From positions 1 to 27,328 of the forward strand of contig CBFGJX010000026.1 in the NCBI GenBank assembly GCA_965649225.1: 27,328 nucleotides of DNA, in the 5' to 3' direction. The position numbers and the translations under genes are program-made. Source of the DNA: a candidate division WOR-3 bacterium. Its GTDB lineage: Bacteria; Hydrothermota; Tepidihabitantia; Tepidihabitantales; Tepidihabitantaceae. The notes beneath the pieces are model-generated. The model had not been told where the DNA came from, did no database searches, and worked only from the letters and a program-made list of their open reading frames with translations. Positions 26,779 to 27,328 of the stretch are shown one piece after another. Each line of letters begins with the position of its first letter. The stretch's first letter is position 1.

Positions 26779-27328
26779 GTCTGAATCCTCGCCCTGATGA
26801 AAAAGGGATTGTGACATCCGAGCGGCTGCCGGGTTTCACCGGCGGCCAAAAGCGTCTGAATCCTCGCCCTGATGAAAAAGGGATTGTGACATCGGCATAT
26901 CGTTCCAGTAGCCCGATGCGTAGTCTGCACTGTCTGAATCCTCGCCCTGATGAAAAAGGGATTGTGACGCACTCCCGAGATATCCAGACAAGCAGACACT
27001 ATTGATTGTCTGAATCCTCGCCCTGATGAAAAAGGGATTGTGACGGGGTGATGGCAGCCATTCCCCCTTTTCGTATTTGGCTACGTCTGAATCCTCGCCC
27101 TGATGAAAAAGGGATTGTGACGGCGTAGTTCGGCCGCCGATACCGATTCGGTGCCAGCCGGGTCTGAATCCTCGCCCTGATGAAAAAGGGATTGTGACAA
27201 CCGAATCGCCGCCTCGATCCCTTTTTCTTCCGGCATCTGTCTGAATCCTCGCCCTGATGAAAAAGGGATTGTGACGCGAGAATAGGACTGTTGTCAAACA
27301 GGGCAGTTATCGGCGTGTCTGAATCCTC
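26779..27328 (+). CRISPR. CRISPR array with 37-bp repeat GTCTGAATCCTCGCCCTGATGAAAAAGGGATTGTGAC; 7 full repeats, 1 partial and 7 spacers (38-41 bp); truncated by the window end
   Basis: Identical repeats at 26779, 26854, 26932, 27008, 27085, 27162 and 27239, partial at 27317. CCCT/AGGG stem precedes the 8-nt handle ATTGTGAC. Confidence 0.99.

Noticed and set aside
26724..27297. ORFs overlapping the CRISPR array
   Set aside because: Translations of repeats and spacers.

Overview
GC-rich bacterial window, probably from the FCB superphylum or candidate division WOR-3. This is inferred only from two proteins with T9SS-type C-terminal sorting domains. The left 14.7 kb contains: an envelope-stress-like SHOCT gene pair; a Na+/solute symporter with an unannotated 45-aa membrane partner; a secreted C25 (gingipain-like) peptidase; type I L-asparaginase; a GNAT resembling bacterial ceramide synthase; an HD-domain dNTPase-like protein; a secreted four-repeat protein with a LEA_2 lipoprotein; a saccharopine/lysine dehydrogenase; and a peptidoglycan operon (M15 peptidase, an active L,D-transpeptidase and a paralog lacking the catalytic Cys). 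Next come tRNA-Ser(GGA), a small AT-rich islet with two membrane-protein genes, and a secreted Pro/Arg-rich repeat protein. The right 9.7 kb is a complete type III-A CRISPR-Cas locus (cas6-cas10-csm2-csm3-csm4-csm5-csm6-cas1-cas2) with a leader and an array of 37-bp repeats running off the window end. The most notable observations are the active/inactive LDT pair, a nested-hairpin element with a repeat-like handle upstream of cas6, a spacer complementary to the array's own repeat, a spacer antisense to an SSB-like gene, recurrent 16-bp-spacer promoters with apparently leaderless starts, and a possible multi-core Pro-rich polyprotein. All calls come from reading motifs by eye; no database searches were run.
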